Assembly (NCBI GenBank): GCA_963788655.1 | Contig: CAWBHS010000079.1 | Location: forward strand, 1 to 64,000 | Source: an uncultured Verrucomicrobiae bacterium | GTDB lineage: Bacteria > Verrucomicrobiota > Verrucomicrobiia > Limisphaerales > JAFGQR01 | Direction of reading: 5' to 3' | Length of the DNA: 64,000 nucleotides | In this document: piece by piece, positions 34,661 through 45,169 of the stretch | Position numbering within the stretch: position 1 is the stretch's first letter | Layout: every line of letters starts with the position of its first letter | Notes under the pieces: model-generated | Told to the model about the DNA's origin: nothing | Seen by the model: the letters and a program-made list of their open reading frames with translations, nothing else | Databases searched by the model: none | Translations under genes and position numbers: made by a program

Positions 34661-34744
34661 ACCGAGCCTGGGTTAAGGGGAATGACGTCTCAACACGCGA
34701 GCATGTCTTGAAATTGCAACTATTCCTCAAGCCAGCAGGTCAAA

Positions 34745-35782
34745 CTACCCCGCCGGAACCAATGGTTTGGGCTGCTCGGCCAGCCACTTCACCACCGGTG
34801 GCACCAAGTCGTAGAAAAAGAACGGCAGTGGCTCGTGCGTTGCGTTAGGCACGACCAGCATCTGGCTGTCGGGTGCCGACAGACTATACAGCTCCACCAC
34901 GTCGTCCAGGGGAACAATCTGGTCTTTTTCGCCGGCGATAAACAGCGCCAGCACCGGACCACGTTCCATCCAAGTGGTGGGGTTGAGATTTGCCGGTTGG
35001 GTGTTCAGCAAGCACGGTAATTTCTTGAGGCCCGCGGTGATGAGGAATTTGGGAATCCACGCGGCGTATTGGTGTCGGATGCTCAGGACCGCTGTGTCCA
35101 GGTTGGCGTACGGAGCAATGGCCACGGCAGCGTGGACGCGCGGTTCGACTTCGGTCCACTGCAGGGCCAGCGCGGCGCCGTAGGAGTGACCAAACGCAAT
35201 TACCGGTCCGGCCAGTTGGCCCTGGTGTTCCAGGGCATCAAGCAGTTGACTCAAATCGTAAGTTTCGCGGAGCCCGAAGAAGATGCGGTTGCCGGTGGAC
35301 CGACCATGTCCGCGCAAATCCAGCAAGACGCAACGCCAGCCTTCCTCGGCCAGCCGCAGTGCCCAGGGCGCCATGGAAAATTGGCTCAAGCCGTAGCCGT
35401 GCAGCAACACGATGGTGCCCCGCGGCAGCTTGGCAGGAATGATCGGGATTGGCGGCACCTTGGCCCGGAACCGGAATTCGAAGCGGGTCCGCCCGTCTTC
35501 CATCCAGTTGGTCGAGGTCGCCTCGACGTGGTAATCTGCCGGCTCGACAATCCGATAGGCCAGCCGCGCCGACGGTGGGCCAACATCCACAAAGTGTGTG
35601 GGGAAATTGGTCAGGAAATTGGCGCCTACGTCGAGAATGACCGGCGCTTTGGGGGCGACCCATTGGGGAAAGGTATTGGGAGCTTGGACCAAGCGATGGG
35701 CAATGTAGGTTCCGCAGCCAGTGCCGGTCACGCCCAACCCCGTTGTCAGCAGAATCAACCATTGGAACTGTCGTCGCTGCAT
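34745..35782 (-). CDS. Alpha/beta hydrolase, probable lipoprotein
   Basis: Lipobox-like 'TGC'; 'LLHGY', 'DLRGHG', 'GHSYG', 'GEKD', 'ATH'. Confidence 0.88.
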   Translation of the reverse strand: MQRRQFQWLILLTTGLGVTGTGCGTYIAHRLVQAPNTFPQWVAPKAPVILDVGANFLTNFPTHFVDVGPPSARLAYRIVEPADYHVEATSTNWMEDGRTRFEFRFRAKVPPIPIIPAKLPRGTIVLLHGYGLSQFSMAPWALRLAEEGWRCVLLDLRGHGRSTGNRIFFGLRETYDLSQLLDALEHQGQLAGPVIAFGHSYGAALALQWTEVEPRVHAAVAIAPYANLDTAVLSIRHQYAAWIPKFLITAGLKKLPCLLNTQPANLNPTTWMERGPVLALFIAGEKDQIVPLDDVVELYSLSAPDSQMLVVPNATHEPLPFFFYDLVPPVVKWLAEQPKPLVPAG

Positions 35783-36043
35783 CCAGTGTATTTAGCGGAG
35801 GGTCGATCCTCTGACCAGTCGCAGTTCAGCAAAACCTTCAGCGCAGTGACAATGATGATTCTCCACGCAACGTGGGATCAAAGAATCAGGCCGGGGCGTC
35901 CTGTCTTCCAAGCCACCAAGAACAATCACTCTTCACGTAACGCTCGATGACCAAAGGACGACGAATGACAACCGGAATGGCTTTTCTACGGGGCGTGGTG
36001 ACGGGAGTGAACCCAACCGCGCGCTTGGGCTCAATTTGTCCGT

Positions 36044-37207
36044 TCAGGCGCCGGCACCCGCCATAAATTCAGTAAGCACCAGATGATGGGTTTCGCGCCA
36101 ATCCCGAATTGCTTCCTGAAACCGGTCTTTCGCTTGGCGCAACTCTTGTTGCAATTCCAGCAACTTTTCCTTGGAGGCTTCCAGTTGCTTTTGCGCCGCC
36201 CGGCGATACTCCTGCTCGCGCTGTTCCCAATGCCCAAAAGCCTCCTGGAGCCGGGCTTGAGCGGCCTGCAAACGGGAGTTGATGGAGTCCGTCAAGGGGG
36301 TGCGTCGGACCTTCAAGTTGGCTGCCAGCCGCCGTTGTTGTTCAGCGATTTCCGCGAGCAAAATCCGTTCGGCCGGCACCCGGCGGAGTTGCCGGACCAA
36401 GCCAACCCGCCCCAACAACCAGATGGTCCATTTGGTGGGATCAAATTGCCAGGGTTTCACACCGTTCCGATAATCGTGCTGAAAGGCGTGATGAAAATTA
36501 TGATAGCCTTCGCCAAAGGTGAACAGTGCCATAATCGCGCTATCGCGGGCGGTGCATTCGCTGGAATAAGGCTGCCGGCCAATGGTGTGGCAAAGCGAAT
36601 TGATGAAGAAGGTGAAGTGCTGGACCAGCACCATCCGCGCGACTCCTGCAATCAGGAAACTGCCCAACGCCGCCAGGGGACCACCCCACAACCAACCCGC
36701 CACGGCGGGCAAAGCGAAACCGGTCAAAAGCGCAATCGCCAGGTAATGTCGGTGCTGCCATTGGACCCACCGGTCTTGCTGGAGATCTTTGACGTAATCC
36801 AGGGAAACTTGAGGCTGCAATTTGAACAGAATCCAGCCAATGTGCGCATGGAAGAAGCCTTTCGAGATGTCGTAGGGATCGTCTTCCTGATCGACGAATT
36901 TGTGGTGCCGTCGGTGATCGGCCGCCCAATACAAAACTGAGTTCTCAAATGCGGCGGCGCCAAACAACAGCGTAAACAACCGCGCCGGCCAGGCGGCCTG
37001 AAAAGAACGGTGCGAGAACAACCGGTGATATCCCAGCGTAATGCTCAAACCCGTGGCCACAAAAAACAGCCCAAACAGCGACACTTGGAACCAGTCGAGT
37101 CCCGCGTGCCAGATATAAAGGGGTACTGCCGTTAGAAACAGCAAAAGGGTTCCCATCAGGAACAGGCTGTTGGGCCAATGCACGGATTTCCAAGGGATAC
37201 GGATCAT
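36044..37207 (-). CDS. Delta-9-type fatty acid desaturase with C-terminal coiled coil
   Basis: His boxes 'HRLFSH', 'HRRHH', 'HNFHH'. Confidence 0.92.
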   Translation of the reverse strand: MIRIPWKSVHWPNSLFLMGTLLLFLTAVPLYIWHAGLDWFQVSLFGLFFVATGLSITLGYHRLFSHRSFQAAWPARLFTLLFGAAAFENSVLYWAADHRRHHKFVDQEDDPYDISKGFFHAHIGWILFKLQPQVSLDYVKDLQQDRWVQWQHRHYLAIALLTGFALPAVAGWLWGGPLAALGSFLIAGVARMVLVQHFTFFINSLCHTIGRQPYSSECTARDSAIMALFTFGEGYHNFHHAFQHDYRNGVKPWQFDPTKWTIWLLGRVGLVRQLRRVPAERILLAEIAEQQRRLAANLKVRRTPLTDSINSRLQAAQARLQEAFGHWEQREQEYRRAAQKQLEASKEKLLELQQELRQAKDRFQEAIRDWRETHHLVLTEFMAGAGA

Positions 37208-37240
37208 GGGATATTCGACCGAATGTTGAAGAGGAAGTGA

Positions 37241-37271
37241 AGTTGGAGCCGGGTTGCCCCGGGCTCCAACT
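37241..37271 (-). terminator. Stable hairpin (terminator or stabiliser) after the RRM gene
   Basis: AGTTGGAGCCCGG-GGCAAC-CCGGCTCCAACT followed by only a weak U-tract. Confidence 0.6.
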
Positions 37272-37294
37272 TGAAATCTACAATCGCCGCAGAA

Positions 37295-37600
37295 TTAATA
37301 GCGATCCGGGCGACCTCGGTTCCGGGAACCGCCGGAGAAGGCGGGACGTTCTTCCCGCGGTCGCGCGATATTAACCGTCAATGCACGGCCTTCCCACTCC
37401 TTGCCGTTCAGCGCTTCCGTCGCGGCGCTGGCTCCTTCTTCGGTCGCCATATTAACAAACGCAAAGCCTCGCGGCCGGCCGGTGGCCCGGTCGAGCATCA
37501 GGTTGACTTCCGTAACCGGCCCGTGCTGGGCAAAAAGATCCTGAAGATCGTTTTCGGTGACGCTGTAGGAAAGGTTCCCTACATATAACTTCGTATTCAT
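37295..37600 (-). CDS. RRM RNA-binding protein
   Basis: RNP2 'LYVGNL', RNP1 'RGFAFV', Gly/Arg tail. Confidence 0.95.
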   Translation of the reverse strand: MNTKLYVGNLSYSVTENDLQDLFAQHGPVTEVNLMLDRATGRPRGFAFVNMATEEGASAATEALNGKEWEGRALTVNIARPREERPAFSGGSRNRGRPDRY

Positions 37601-37855
37601 GTGATGTATGTATCCGACTCACTATCCTTCTTCGACTGTTCCCGACCATCGGGTTTCAAATCATCACTGAACACTACGCTCACCTGATGATCCTCCATGC
37701 CGTGAATGGAGAAGTGATCCAAATCGGGCGCAACATGCACTTATTTTCGGGGAAAGCAATCTTTATTTTTTCGGTCATTAGCGCCCCCATGGCCGGCTTC
37801 ACTTTCCCCGATTCGAGGCTTGGCAGCACGCCCAATTTGTCGGTAAGTTGCCGGG

Positions 37856-38398
37856 GTGATCGCATTCCTGCGCTTCATTAGCATTTACAACGCTGCGGTG
37901 TGGTTCGGGTCCGCGCTGTTCCTGACCATCGCGGTTATGCCGGCGATTTTTTCTGTGGAGATGAAGCGCCTTTTCGGCCAGGCCTACATCGGCCTGGTGG
38001 CCCAATCGGTCATGGCGGCCTATTTTGTCCTCCACTATTGGTGCGGCGGCATCGCGATTTTACACCAACTGGCAGAGTGGGTATATCTGGGCAAACGCCT
38101 GCACCGGTTCACCTTTGGCCTGCTACTCACCCTGTTTTGCCTTGGGTTGCTCGGCGGTTTGTGGATCCAACCCAAACTGAAAGACTGGTATCGGATTAAA
38201 TACAGCACCGAGCTGTATCACCAGGAACTCTATCCCGCGGAAGTAAAGGACCACGCGGCCCGGCTGTTCCGCGTTTGGCACGGCGTGTCCCAGGGATTCA
38301 ACCTCATCATCCTGGCGGGATTAGGGTATTATTTGTGGCGGATGACAGTGGTATCGGATGCCCCGCGCTTCGTGCCGGCAACCAAATTCCGAAGTTGA
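37856..38398 (+). CDS. DUF4149-like membrane protein
   Basis: 'AVWFG', four TM segments, 'F..WHG.S...NL'. Confidence 0.7.
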   Translation: MIAFLRFISIYNAAVWFGSALFLTIAVMPAIFSVEMKRLFGQAYIGLVAQSVMAAYFVLHYWCGGIAILHQLAEWVYLGKRLHRFTFGLLLTLFCLGLLGGLWIQPKLKDWYRIKYSTELYHQELYPAEVKDHAARLFRVWHGVSQGFNLIILAGLGYYLWRMTVVSDAPRFVPATKFRS

Positions 38399-38471
38399 CT
38401 TTCCTCGTCAGTAGTTAAATGTGTTGCAGTTGTGTGGACTGAAACCGTTTAAAGGCGGAAAGGGTAACATT

Positions 38472-38762
38472 ATGATCTCAAACGAGCAATCCGCTGGTAC
38501 CGGCGGCGCCCCTGGGGGTCGTTCCGGAATCAGACAAGGAAGCGCCGAAGAAACCATCAAAACCGACCGGATTCAGATTGAACGCAAGGCCTTTGTATTC
38601 GCCCTCAAAGAAAATCCCCGGGGCCGGTTCCTGCGCGTCACCGAAGACATCAATGGCCGCCGGGACTCGATCATCATTCCGGCGCCGGGCCTGGAGGAAT
38701 TCCGGCGCATGCTCGACGAAATGATTCAGGCCTCCGCCGCGGTTCCTGCCAAAAGTGAATAA
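38472..38762 (+). CDS. PUR-family (Pur-alpha-like) nucleic-acid binding protein
   Basis: 'IQIERKAFVFALKENPRGRFLRVTE...RRDSIIIP..GL.EF'. Confidence 0.8.
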   Translation: MISNEQSAGTGGAPGGRSGIRQGSAEETIKTDRIQIERKAFVFALKENPRGRFLRVTEDINGRRDSIIIPAPGLEEFRRMLDEMIQASAAVPAKSE

Positions 38763-38934
38763 TGGTGCCGCGCACGGACTACACTGAAGTGGTCCGCCAA
38801 TAACCAAAGAGGAGGAAACGGGAGCCGGTTCCACTGGGAACCAATTTAGGAGCATTCCGAGGTGCCCGCGATGACTTGACCCCACCAGGAGAATTTGATT
38901 TCCCCACCCACTCCGATTTGGTTAATTGGAAGCC

Positions 38935-39855
38935 ATGAACCGCACCTACAATCGTCGCAACTTCCTCAAGTCCTGCTCGCTTTCACTCGCGGCCCTGGGA
39001 ACCCTCGGTCCGTCCGCCCGCGCCGTCGAGCCCTTTCAACGCCCGGGACCCGCCCGCCTGCAACTCAGTCTGGCTGCTTACTCCTTTCGCCAGTTCTTCC
39101 GACCACCAGCCCCTGATCGCAAGTCGCTCGACCTGTTCCAGTTTATCGATTTCTGTGCCGAACATGGCTGCGACGGCACCGAGTTGACCAGCTACTACTT
39201 TCCCAAGGAGGTTACGCCCGCGTTCCTCATCCAACTCCGCCGGCACGCCTTCCTGCGCGGGATTGCGATTAGCGGCACTGCGGTGGGCAACACCTTTACC
39301 CAGCCGGCAGAAGCAGCCCGCGCCAAGCAGATTGCCATGGTCAAACAATGGGTGGACCACGCCGCCGTAATGGGCGCCCCACATATCCGCATCTTCGCCG
39401 GCACCACCTCCGCTGGCGTCTCCAAAGACGAAGCCAAGAAATTGTGCATCGCGGCCATCGAGGAATGCGGCGATTACGCCGGCCAGAAGGGTATCTTCCT
39501 CGGCATCGAAAACCATGGCGGTATCGTCGCCGAAGCAAAAGACCTGCTGGACATTGTTCAAGCGGTCAAGAGCTCCTGGGTGGGCGTCAACCTAGACACG
39601 GGCAATTTTCACTCGGAAGATCCTTACCAGGAACTGGCCGCCTGCGCGCCTTATGCCGTGAATGTCCAGGTAAAGGTCGAAGTCAAACGCCGCGGCCAAT
39701 CCCGGGCCGAACCTTCGGATCTGCATCGATTGGCAAAAATCCTTCGGGACGCCAATTACCAGGGTTACGTGGCGCTCGAATACGAAGCCGCGCCCGATCC
39801 CTGGACTGCCGTGCCGGAATGGCTAAGCAAAATGAAGGCGGCCTTGGCGGCTTAG
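38935..39855 (+). CDS. Tat-exported sugar phosphate isomerase/epimerase (TIM barrel)
   Basis: 'NRRNFLK'; 'ENHGG', 'LDTGNF', 'LEYE'. Confidence 0.88.
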   Translation: MNRTYNRRNFLKSCSLSLAALGTLGPSARAVEPFQRPGPARLQLSLAAYSFRQFFRPPAPDRKSLDLFQFIDFCAEHGCDGTELTSYYFPKEVTPAFLIQLRRHAFLRGIAISGTAVGNTFTQPAEAARAKQIAMVKQWVDHAAVMGAPHIRIFAGTTSAGVSKDEAKKLCIAAIEECGDYAGQKGIFLGIENHGGIVAEAKDLLDIVQAVKSSWVGVNLDTGNFHSEDPYQELAACAPYAVNVQVKVEVKRRGQSRAEPSDLHRLAKILRDANYQGYVALEYEAAPDPWTAVPEWLSKMKAALAA

Positions 39856-39867
39856 CCTGGGCTGGGC

Positions 39868-40488
39868 ATGAGCGTCACCGCCGAAACGCAACTGCTCGCC
39901 CGCTGCCGGCAAGGCGAGGCGGACGCGTGGAACGAGTTGTTTGATCGTCACTATGCTGCGGCAGGACGTTTCATCTTCCAATTGGGACACCAATTCAGCC
40001 GGGAGGACGTTGAAGAAATTTGTCAGGAAGTATTCCTGACCGTGATCCGGAACCTGGATACGTTTAAAGGCCATTGCCAATTTCAAACTTGGCTGTTTCG
40101 GATCGCCGCGAACAAGGCCCGCGATTACCGCCAACGCCTCAATGCCGTCAAGCGCGGCGGCGGCCAGCTTACCGTGTCGATGCAAGCGGAAGACGCCGAG
40201 ACGGGTTTGGCGATGGATCCACCCAGCGGATCGCCGGGACCGGATGCTTCGCTGATGCACACCGAGAACTGGGCCCTCGTCGGGCAGGCATTGGAAATCC
40301 TGGGCGACCCCTGCCAGGAAATCATTTCCATGAGGTATTTCGCGGACCTGAGCTACGAGGAAATCGCCCACAGCCTGTCGCTCAATCCGAAAACGGTCAG
40401 CTCGCGCCTGAGCAAATGCCTCGACAAACTGGAAGCTGTCGCCCGCAGGCTGCTCGGGCGGGAGAAAACCTCACCGACTTCCGTCTAA
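39868..40488 (+). CDS. ECF sigma-70 factor
   Basis: 'EEICQEVF', 'FQTWLFRIAAN', 'LSYEEIA..L.....TVSSRL'. Confidence 0.93.
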   Translation: MSVTAETQLLARCRQGEADAWNELFDRHYAAAGRFIFQLGHQFSREDVEEICQEVFLTVIRNLDTFKGHCQFQTWLFRIAANKARDYRQRLNAVKRGGGQLTVSMQAEDAETGLAMDPPSGSPGPDASLMHTENWALVGQALEILGDPCQEIISMRYFADLSYEEIAHSLSLNPKTVSSRLSKCLDKLEAVARRLLGREKTSPTSV

Positions 40489-40498
40489 TCAAACAAGT

Positions 40499-42040
40499 AT
40501 GCCGTCGGACCCGCATCAACGAATCGAAGAATGGTTGCGCGCCTATGCCGAGCAACGGCGAGAGCAGGCGGGAGCCCCCTTCGAACTGCACCCGGCCACC
40601 CGGCGCATGCTACAAGGCGAAGCGGCGCGCGTGCGCGTGCGGCAGGCGCAAACGAAACGCCGCCGGTTTTGGAGCGGTCCGCTGTTTTGGCCGCGACTCA
40701 GCCTGGCCTTCTCGGCGGCGGTGCTGGCCAGTGTTCTGGCCTGGATTTGGATTGAATCCAATCGACAGCACCGGGGGCTGGAGCAACTGGCGTATCAAGG
40801 GCAACTCGCAAAACAAATGGCGGAAACAACCCCTCGGACAACACCGCCACAACCTGCTGAACCCGCCAAACTGCCCGCCAGGGCACCTGCCTCGTCCGCC
40901 ACTCCGAAGTCGGAACCAGCCGGCAATGCCATCACTGCCACAACGCCCTTGATTGTCCGAAAATCGGATGAACTTGCTCCCTCACGTCGTAGTCGAGCGG
41001 GTGGCCCGGAGATGGCGTTGGCCACCACCAGTAACCTTGCCACCAAAGCTGCCGACGTGAAACTGGCCCTGCGGCAAACGACACCTCCAGAACCTGCCGT
41101 AGGCGACAAATTGGCAAGTAACTTGCCTGCTCCAGCAGCGTCCAGTCCGGCTTCCGCCTCCGTCACATCGGATATGTTTGCATCGAGTCATCGCGCGGCC
41201 AATGTTGCCAAAACTGGCTACGGCGGCAGATCAATCGGAGAGCATCCGGCCCAGGTTGCAACCAAGGGCCGGCCGCCTGCCGAAGATCTGATTCGCTTGC
41301 ACGAAGAGGCCCAACGTTCATTGTTCGAGGAGCAGAAGGCGGCGGCCGGGGCAGCGCTTGAGCCCTCTTTAGCAGCGCGGTTCTACTATCAACGTCTCGG
41401 CGAAACCGACGCGCTGGTTTCGCGAGATCGGGCGAACAGCAAACCAGGGCTGCTTTCCGCATTCGAACTCGAGCAAACCAACGGGCAGTTGCGCCTCCTG
41501 GACGCAGACGGATCGGTTTACGTAGGATCGTTAATTACCGGATCACTGCCCGCACTTGACTCCAGCCAGTTGTTGCGATTCAGAGCGGGCGCCGTAACCA
41601 ACACAGCGACCGACCAAGCCGAAGCGTTCACCCCGCCAACCGCCCGCGATCAGCCAGCCACCGGCGCAGAGGTGCCGATCAACTTCCGGGTTGCTGGCAC
41701 CAATCACAGTCTGAACCAGTTTGTCGTCATCAATGGCTCGTTAAGCACACTGCTGCCAGCGGAGGGTTTCACCACCACCACCGTGGATTCGCTGGCTGCC
41801 ACCAAACCCGCTTCCGCCAAGACCAGCGGCGTGCCGGTGGTTACCGCGGCCCCCTTGCTCTTGAAATCGGCTACTCGTCCAGCGCCAGCAACAACCGCCC
41901 CCTCCCCCGAAGTCGGCGGGCGGAACTGGCGCCAGGAATTGGCCTCGCAAAGCACAGTATTGCCCGACCATTTCCGCGCCACCGCCATCGTTGGCGGCAC
42001 GAACCAAATCCGGATCGAAGCCATTCGCGTACGAAGGTAA
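40499..42040 (+). CDS. Single-pass membrane protein, putative anti-sigma factor
   Basis: 10 bp after the ECF gene; short soluble N-terminus, one TM helix, long Pro/Ala/Thr-rich extracytoplasmic part. Confidence 0.6.
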   Translation: MPSDPHQRIEEWLRAYAEQRREQAGAPFELHPATRRMLQGEAARVRVRQAQTKRRRFWSGPLFWPRLSLAFSAAVLASVLAWIWIESNRQHRGLEQLAYQGQLAKQMAETTPRTTPPQPAEPAKLPARAPASSATPKSEPAGNAITATTPLIVRKSDELAPSRRSRAGGPEMALATTSNLATKAADVKLALRQTTPPEPAVGDKLASNLPAPAASSPASASVTSDMFASSHRAANVAKTGYGGRSIGEHPAQVATKGRPPAEDLIRLHEEAQRSLFEEQKAAAGAALEPSLAARFYYQRLGETDALVSRDRANSKPGLLSAFELEQTNGQLRLLDADGSVYVGSLITGSLPALDSSQLLRFRAGAVTNTATDQAEAFTPPTARDQPATGAEVPINFRVAGTNHSLNQFVVINGSLSTLLPAEGFTTTTVDSLAATKPASAKTSGVPVVTAAPLLLKSATRPAPATTAPSPEVGGRNWRQELASQSTVLPDHFRATAIVGGTNQIRIEAIRVRR

Positions 42041-42124
42041 CTGCAATCCAAATGGCAAATCGAGGGGCTTTGGCGAAAGTGGGGTTCTTGGCGAGCGTTG
42101 CCAGTCGTTCGCACGCCCATGAAT

Positions 42125-42500
42125 AACGAAGGACGGCTGATAGACAAAGCAATACCACGAGTAAGTCACCACCGAACCGTCCACGAGCCTGGTGGTGAAC
42201 GGCCCCAGTTTCGGACCGGGCCGTGCCCAGGCGCCGGTGGTCGGCGAGGTGTAGGGTTTGCCCGGCGCGGCGAGCTTGCATTCCTGGGTGAGTGACTCCG
42301 TTTCCGTCGGCACATCGGCTGCGGCCCCGGCAACGCGCTCCTCGCCAACTTGCCGATAGTATGGTACTGCGGGAAAGCTCCCTTGGAGCTGAGGTCATTG
42401 GTGAACCACTGCAATCCCCACACGTTTCCCTCGAAAATCCGGGTGGCGATCACGCCTTCCGTTCCGGTGATCTTCTTGCCGGCCTGATCGTAGCGCGTCG
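42125..42500 (-). pseudogene. Internal fragment of a hypothetical protein gene
   Basis: Protein-like frames 'FEGNVWGLQW...FPQY' and 'GAWARPGPKLGPF...DGSVVTYSWY.FV.QPSF' joined by a frameshift; no start or stop context. Confidence 0.45.
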
Positions 42501-42534
42501 TGCGCGTGTTGAATTTTTCCCATGGGTTGGCGCC

Positions 42535-43821
42535 TCACACAATGTCTTCCTGTGTCCGGTCCCAGCGTACCATGCGCTGCTGCTGTTGGGCTTTCAGCGA
42601 CATCAAAAAGGTTGCAGTTTCGATGAACGCTTCGTCGGTCGAGCACTTCGGCGTGCCACGGCTGCGGATGCAATTTAACCAGTCCATCATGTGATTGGGC
42701 TGCGTCGGGGTCTGGCCGCGCACGTAGCCTTTGGGCAAAGCGGCTTTGCGGTTGTAATCCGCGGGGACGATTTCAAACGTGCTGACATCATGCGCAATAG
42801 CATCAAACCGCAGCGTGGCCTCGCGTCCGCAAATGGTCACCGGCTGGCTTTCCGTAGTGTTCATGCTGCCCGCAAACGTGACGGTGCGGCCAATCTTCTC
42901 GAACTGGTAGGTGGCAATCCAGGTGTCGGGCACCTCGCGGTCATCGTGGAGTAACGCATTCAAGCCGGCGCACCCACAGGTGTCGGGAATGCCGTGACCG
43001 AGGAGGTATTGGACGAAATCCATCTCGTGCGAAAGCAGGTCGCCGGCATAGCCGGTCCCGTAAGCGTAATAACAGCGCCAGTGCCAGAAGTGGCGGTCAT
43101 TCCAGGGAATCCTTGGAGCCGATCCCAGCCAGAGATTCCAGTCCAACTCCTTCAAGACCCGTGCCGGATCGGGCCGTTCCCATTGATCGTAGTAGCCGTA
43201 CCAGCGCCAATTGGGATGGTCCGGCTCAGTTGATTTGAAGCGGCCGGTCCGCACCAAAGTGATGGGACCGAGCAAACCTTGCGCAATGAGTTCCCTGGCC
43301 TGCAAGGCACAAGTGGCCTGCCGGGCCTGATGACCCAACTGGAACACCACCTTGCTCTGCTTGAGCGCGTCCCGCATCCGCTTGGCCTCAGCCAGTGTCC
43401 GCGAAAAGCCTTTCTCGCAGTAGATGTCTTTGCCGGCCTTGACGGCGTCGATCACAATCGGGCAATGCCAGTGGTCGGGCGTCGCGATGACTACCGCATC
43501 CACGTTCTTGTCGGCGAGCAGTTCGCGGTAATCCACGTAGGCTTTCACGTCGGAATTCTGGCTGCGCTCGACGCCCTTTTGACGATGTGGGCCGTACACG
43601 TCGCACACCGCGACGACTTGGACGCCCGGCGCCGGCACCACCGCGTTGATCAGGTCCCCGCCCCGCGTGCCCAGGCCGATGCAACCGACGCCAATGGTCC
43701 GGCCGGGGGATTGGGCGGGAAGCACTGCGGGCGCCAAAGCCGAGGCGGCAGCCAGCATCGAAGCTGCTTTGCCCGAGTGTTGAAGGAATTGCCGGCGGGT
43801 TAGATTCAATTGGTTATTCAT
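42535..43821 (-). CDS. Tat-exported Gfo/Idh/MocA oxidoreductase
   Basis: 'TRRQFL'; 'IGLGTRG', 'IATPDHWH', 'YCEK'. Confidence 0.92.
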   Translation of the reverse strand: MNNQLNLTRRQFLQHSGKAASMLAAASALAPAVLPAQSPGRTIGVGCIGLGTRGGDLINAVVPAPGVQVVAVCDVYGPHRQKGVERSQNSDVKAYVDYRELLADKNVDAVVIATPDHWHCPIVIDAVKAGKDIYCEKGFSRTLAEAKRMRDALKQSKVVFQLGHQARQATCALQARELIAQGLLGPITLVRTGRFKSTEPDHPNWRWYGYYDQWERPDPARVLKELDWNLWLGSAPRIPWNDRHFWHWRCYYAYGTGYAGDLLSHEMDFVQYLLGHGIPDTCGCAGLNALLHDDREVPDTWIATYQFEKIGRTVTFAGSMNTTESQPVTICGREATLRFDAIAHDVSTFEIVPADYNRKAALPKGYVRGQTPTQPNHMMDWLNCIRSRGTPKCSTDEAFIETATFLMSLKAQQQQRMVRWDRTQEDIV

Positions 43822-44129
43822 ATAGCTTTTAAGCGTTAGCGTTCAGCCTGTGCCAAATTCATACGTCAACGACGCTTCCGGATAAAGAGCAAACCGGTGG
43901 CTGGGGATTGCCAGGTTTTTCGCCGCGGAATCAAAGCATGCTCGTCATGTCATGCATTCAAGAACGCACGACGCATCCGCTGGAGGCGTGGACCGGCCGA
44001 TCGCGTAATTCTGTGCAACGTTTTTTCACCCAACTCCGAACCCCGGCTTTGTCAGCCGTTTTTCAAGCTTTTTGCACAACCAAACTCATTTTCTGGTTTT
44101 TTTTTGGAGGAAGCATACAATACGTAACG

Positions 44130-45127
44130 ATGAGCACAGGAATTAACGCAATTAACGAAGCCGTCAAGGAAGCCAGCGCGTTTGTGTCGCCGCTGTTCAA
44201 CGAAATCGGCAAAGTCATCGTCGGCCAGAAATATCTGGTCGAGCGGCTGGTCATCGGCCTGCTGGCCAACGGCCACGTGCTGCTCGAAGGCGTGCCCGGC
44301 CTGGCCAAAACACTCTCGGTGAAAATCGCTGGCGCATCGTGCATCCACGTGAAGTTCTCCCGCCTGCAATTCACGCCGGACATGCTGCCGGCCGACGTCA
44401 TCGGCACGCAGATTTACAATCCGCAATCCGGCGGCTTCACCACGCGCAAAGGCCCGATCTTCGCCAACCTCGTGCTGGCCGACGAAATCAACCGCGCGCC
44501 GGCCAAGGTGCAAAGCGCCCTGCTCGAAGCCATGCAGGAAAAGCAGGTCACCATCGGCGAACAGACCTTCAAGCTCGAGGAACCGTTTCTGGTGCTGGCC
44601 ACGCAGAATCCCATCGAGCAGGAAGGCACTTATCCGCTGCCCGAAGCGCAGGTTGACCGCTTCATGCTCAAGCTGAAGATCGGCTATCCCGTCCCGCGAC
44701 GAGGAACGGCAAATCTGGAACTCATGGCCACGAACCACGGCCACGCCCACGGCCAATCCGGTCGTGGACCCGAAGCAAATTCTCGAGGCCCGCGAAGTGA
44801 TCAACGACATTTACGTGGACGACAAGGTGAAGGATTACATCGTGGACCTCGTCTGCGCCACGCGCGACCCGGACGCAATACAAAATCGCAGGTGCAAGGA
44901 CTTCATCCAGCTCGGCGCCTCGCCGCGCGCGACCATCGCCCTGACGCTGGCGGCCAAGGCCTACGCGTTCCTGCAAGGCCGCGGCTACGTCACGCCGCAG
45001 GACGTGAAAAGCATCGGCATGGACGTGCTCCGCCACCGCGTCGCCATCACCTACGAAGCCGAAGCCGAGGAAAAGACCAGCGAGAACGATCATCCAGAAG
45101 ATTTTTGATGAACTGCCCGTGCCATGA
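44130..45127 (+). CDS. moxR: MoxR-family AAA+ ATPase, frameshifted near 44690 and 45085
   Basis: 'LEGVPGLAKT', 'FTPDMLPAD', 'LADEINRA', 'ATQNPIE', 'GASPRA', 'VLRHR'. Confidence 0.9.
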
Positions 45128-45169
45128 TTGAAGACGCGTGTGGGAAAGGCAGATAGGCATTGAATCGCA

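Noticed and set aside
35990..36030. tRNA-like 'TGGTGACGGGAGTGAACCC'
   Set aside because: No T-loop GTTCGA equivalent and no cloverleaf can be built
44097..44105. T9 tract upstream of moxR as a phase-variation switch
   Set aside because: Short tract in a region with probable sequence errors; no evidence of variation
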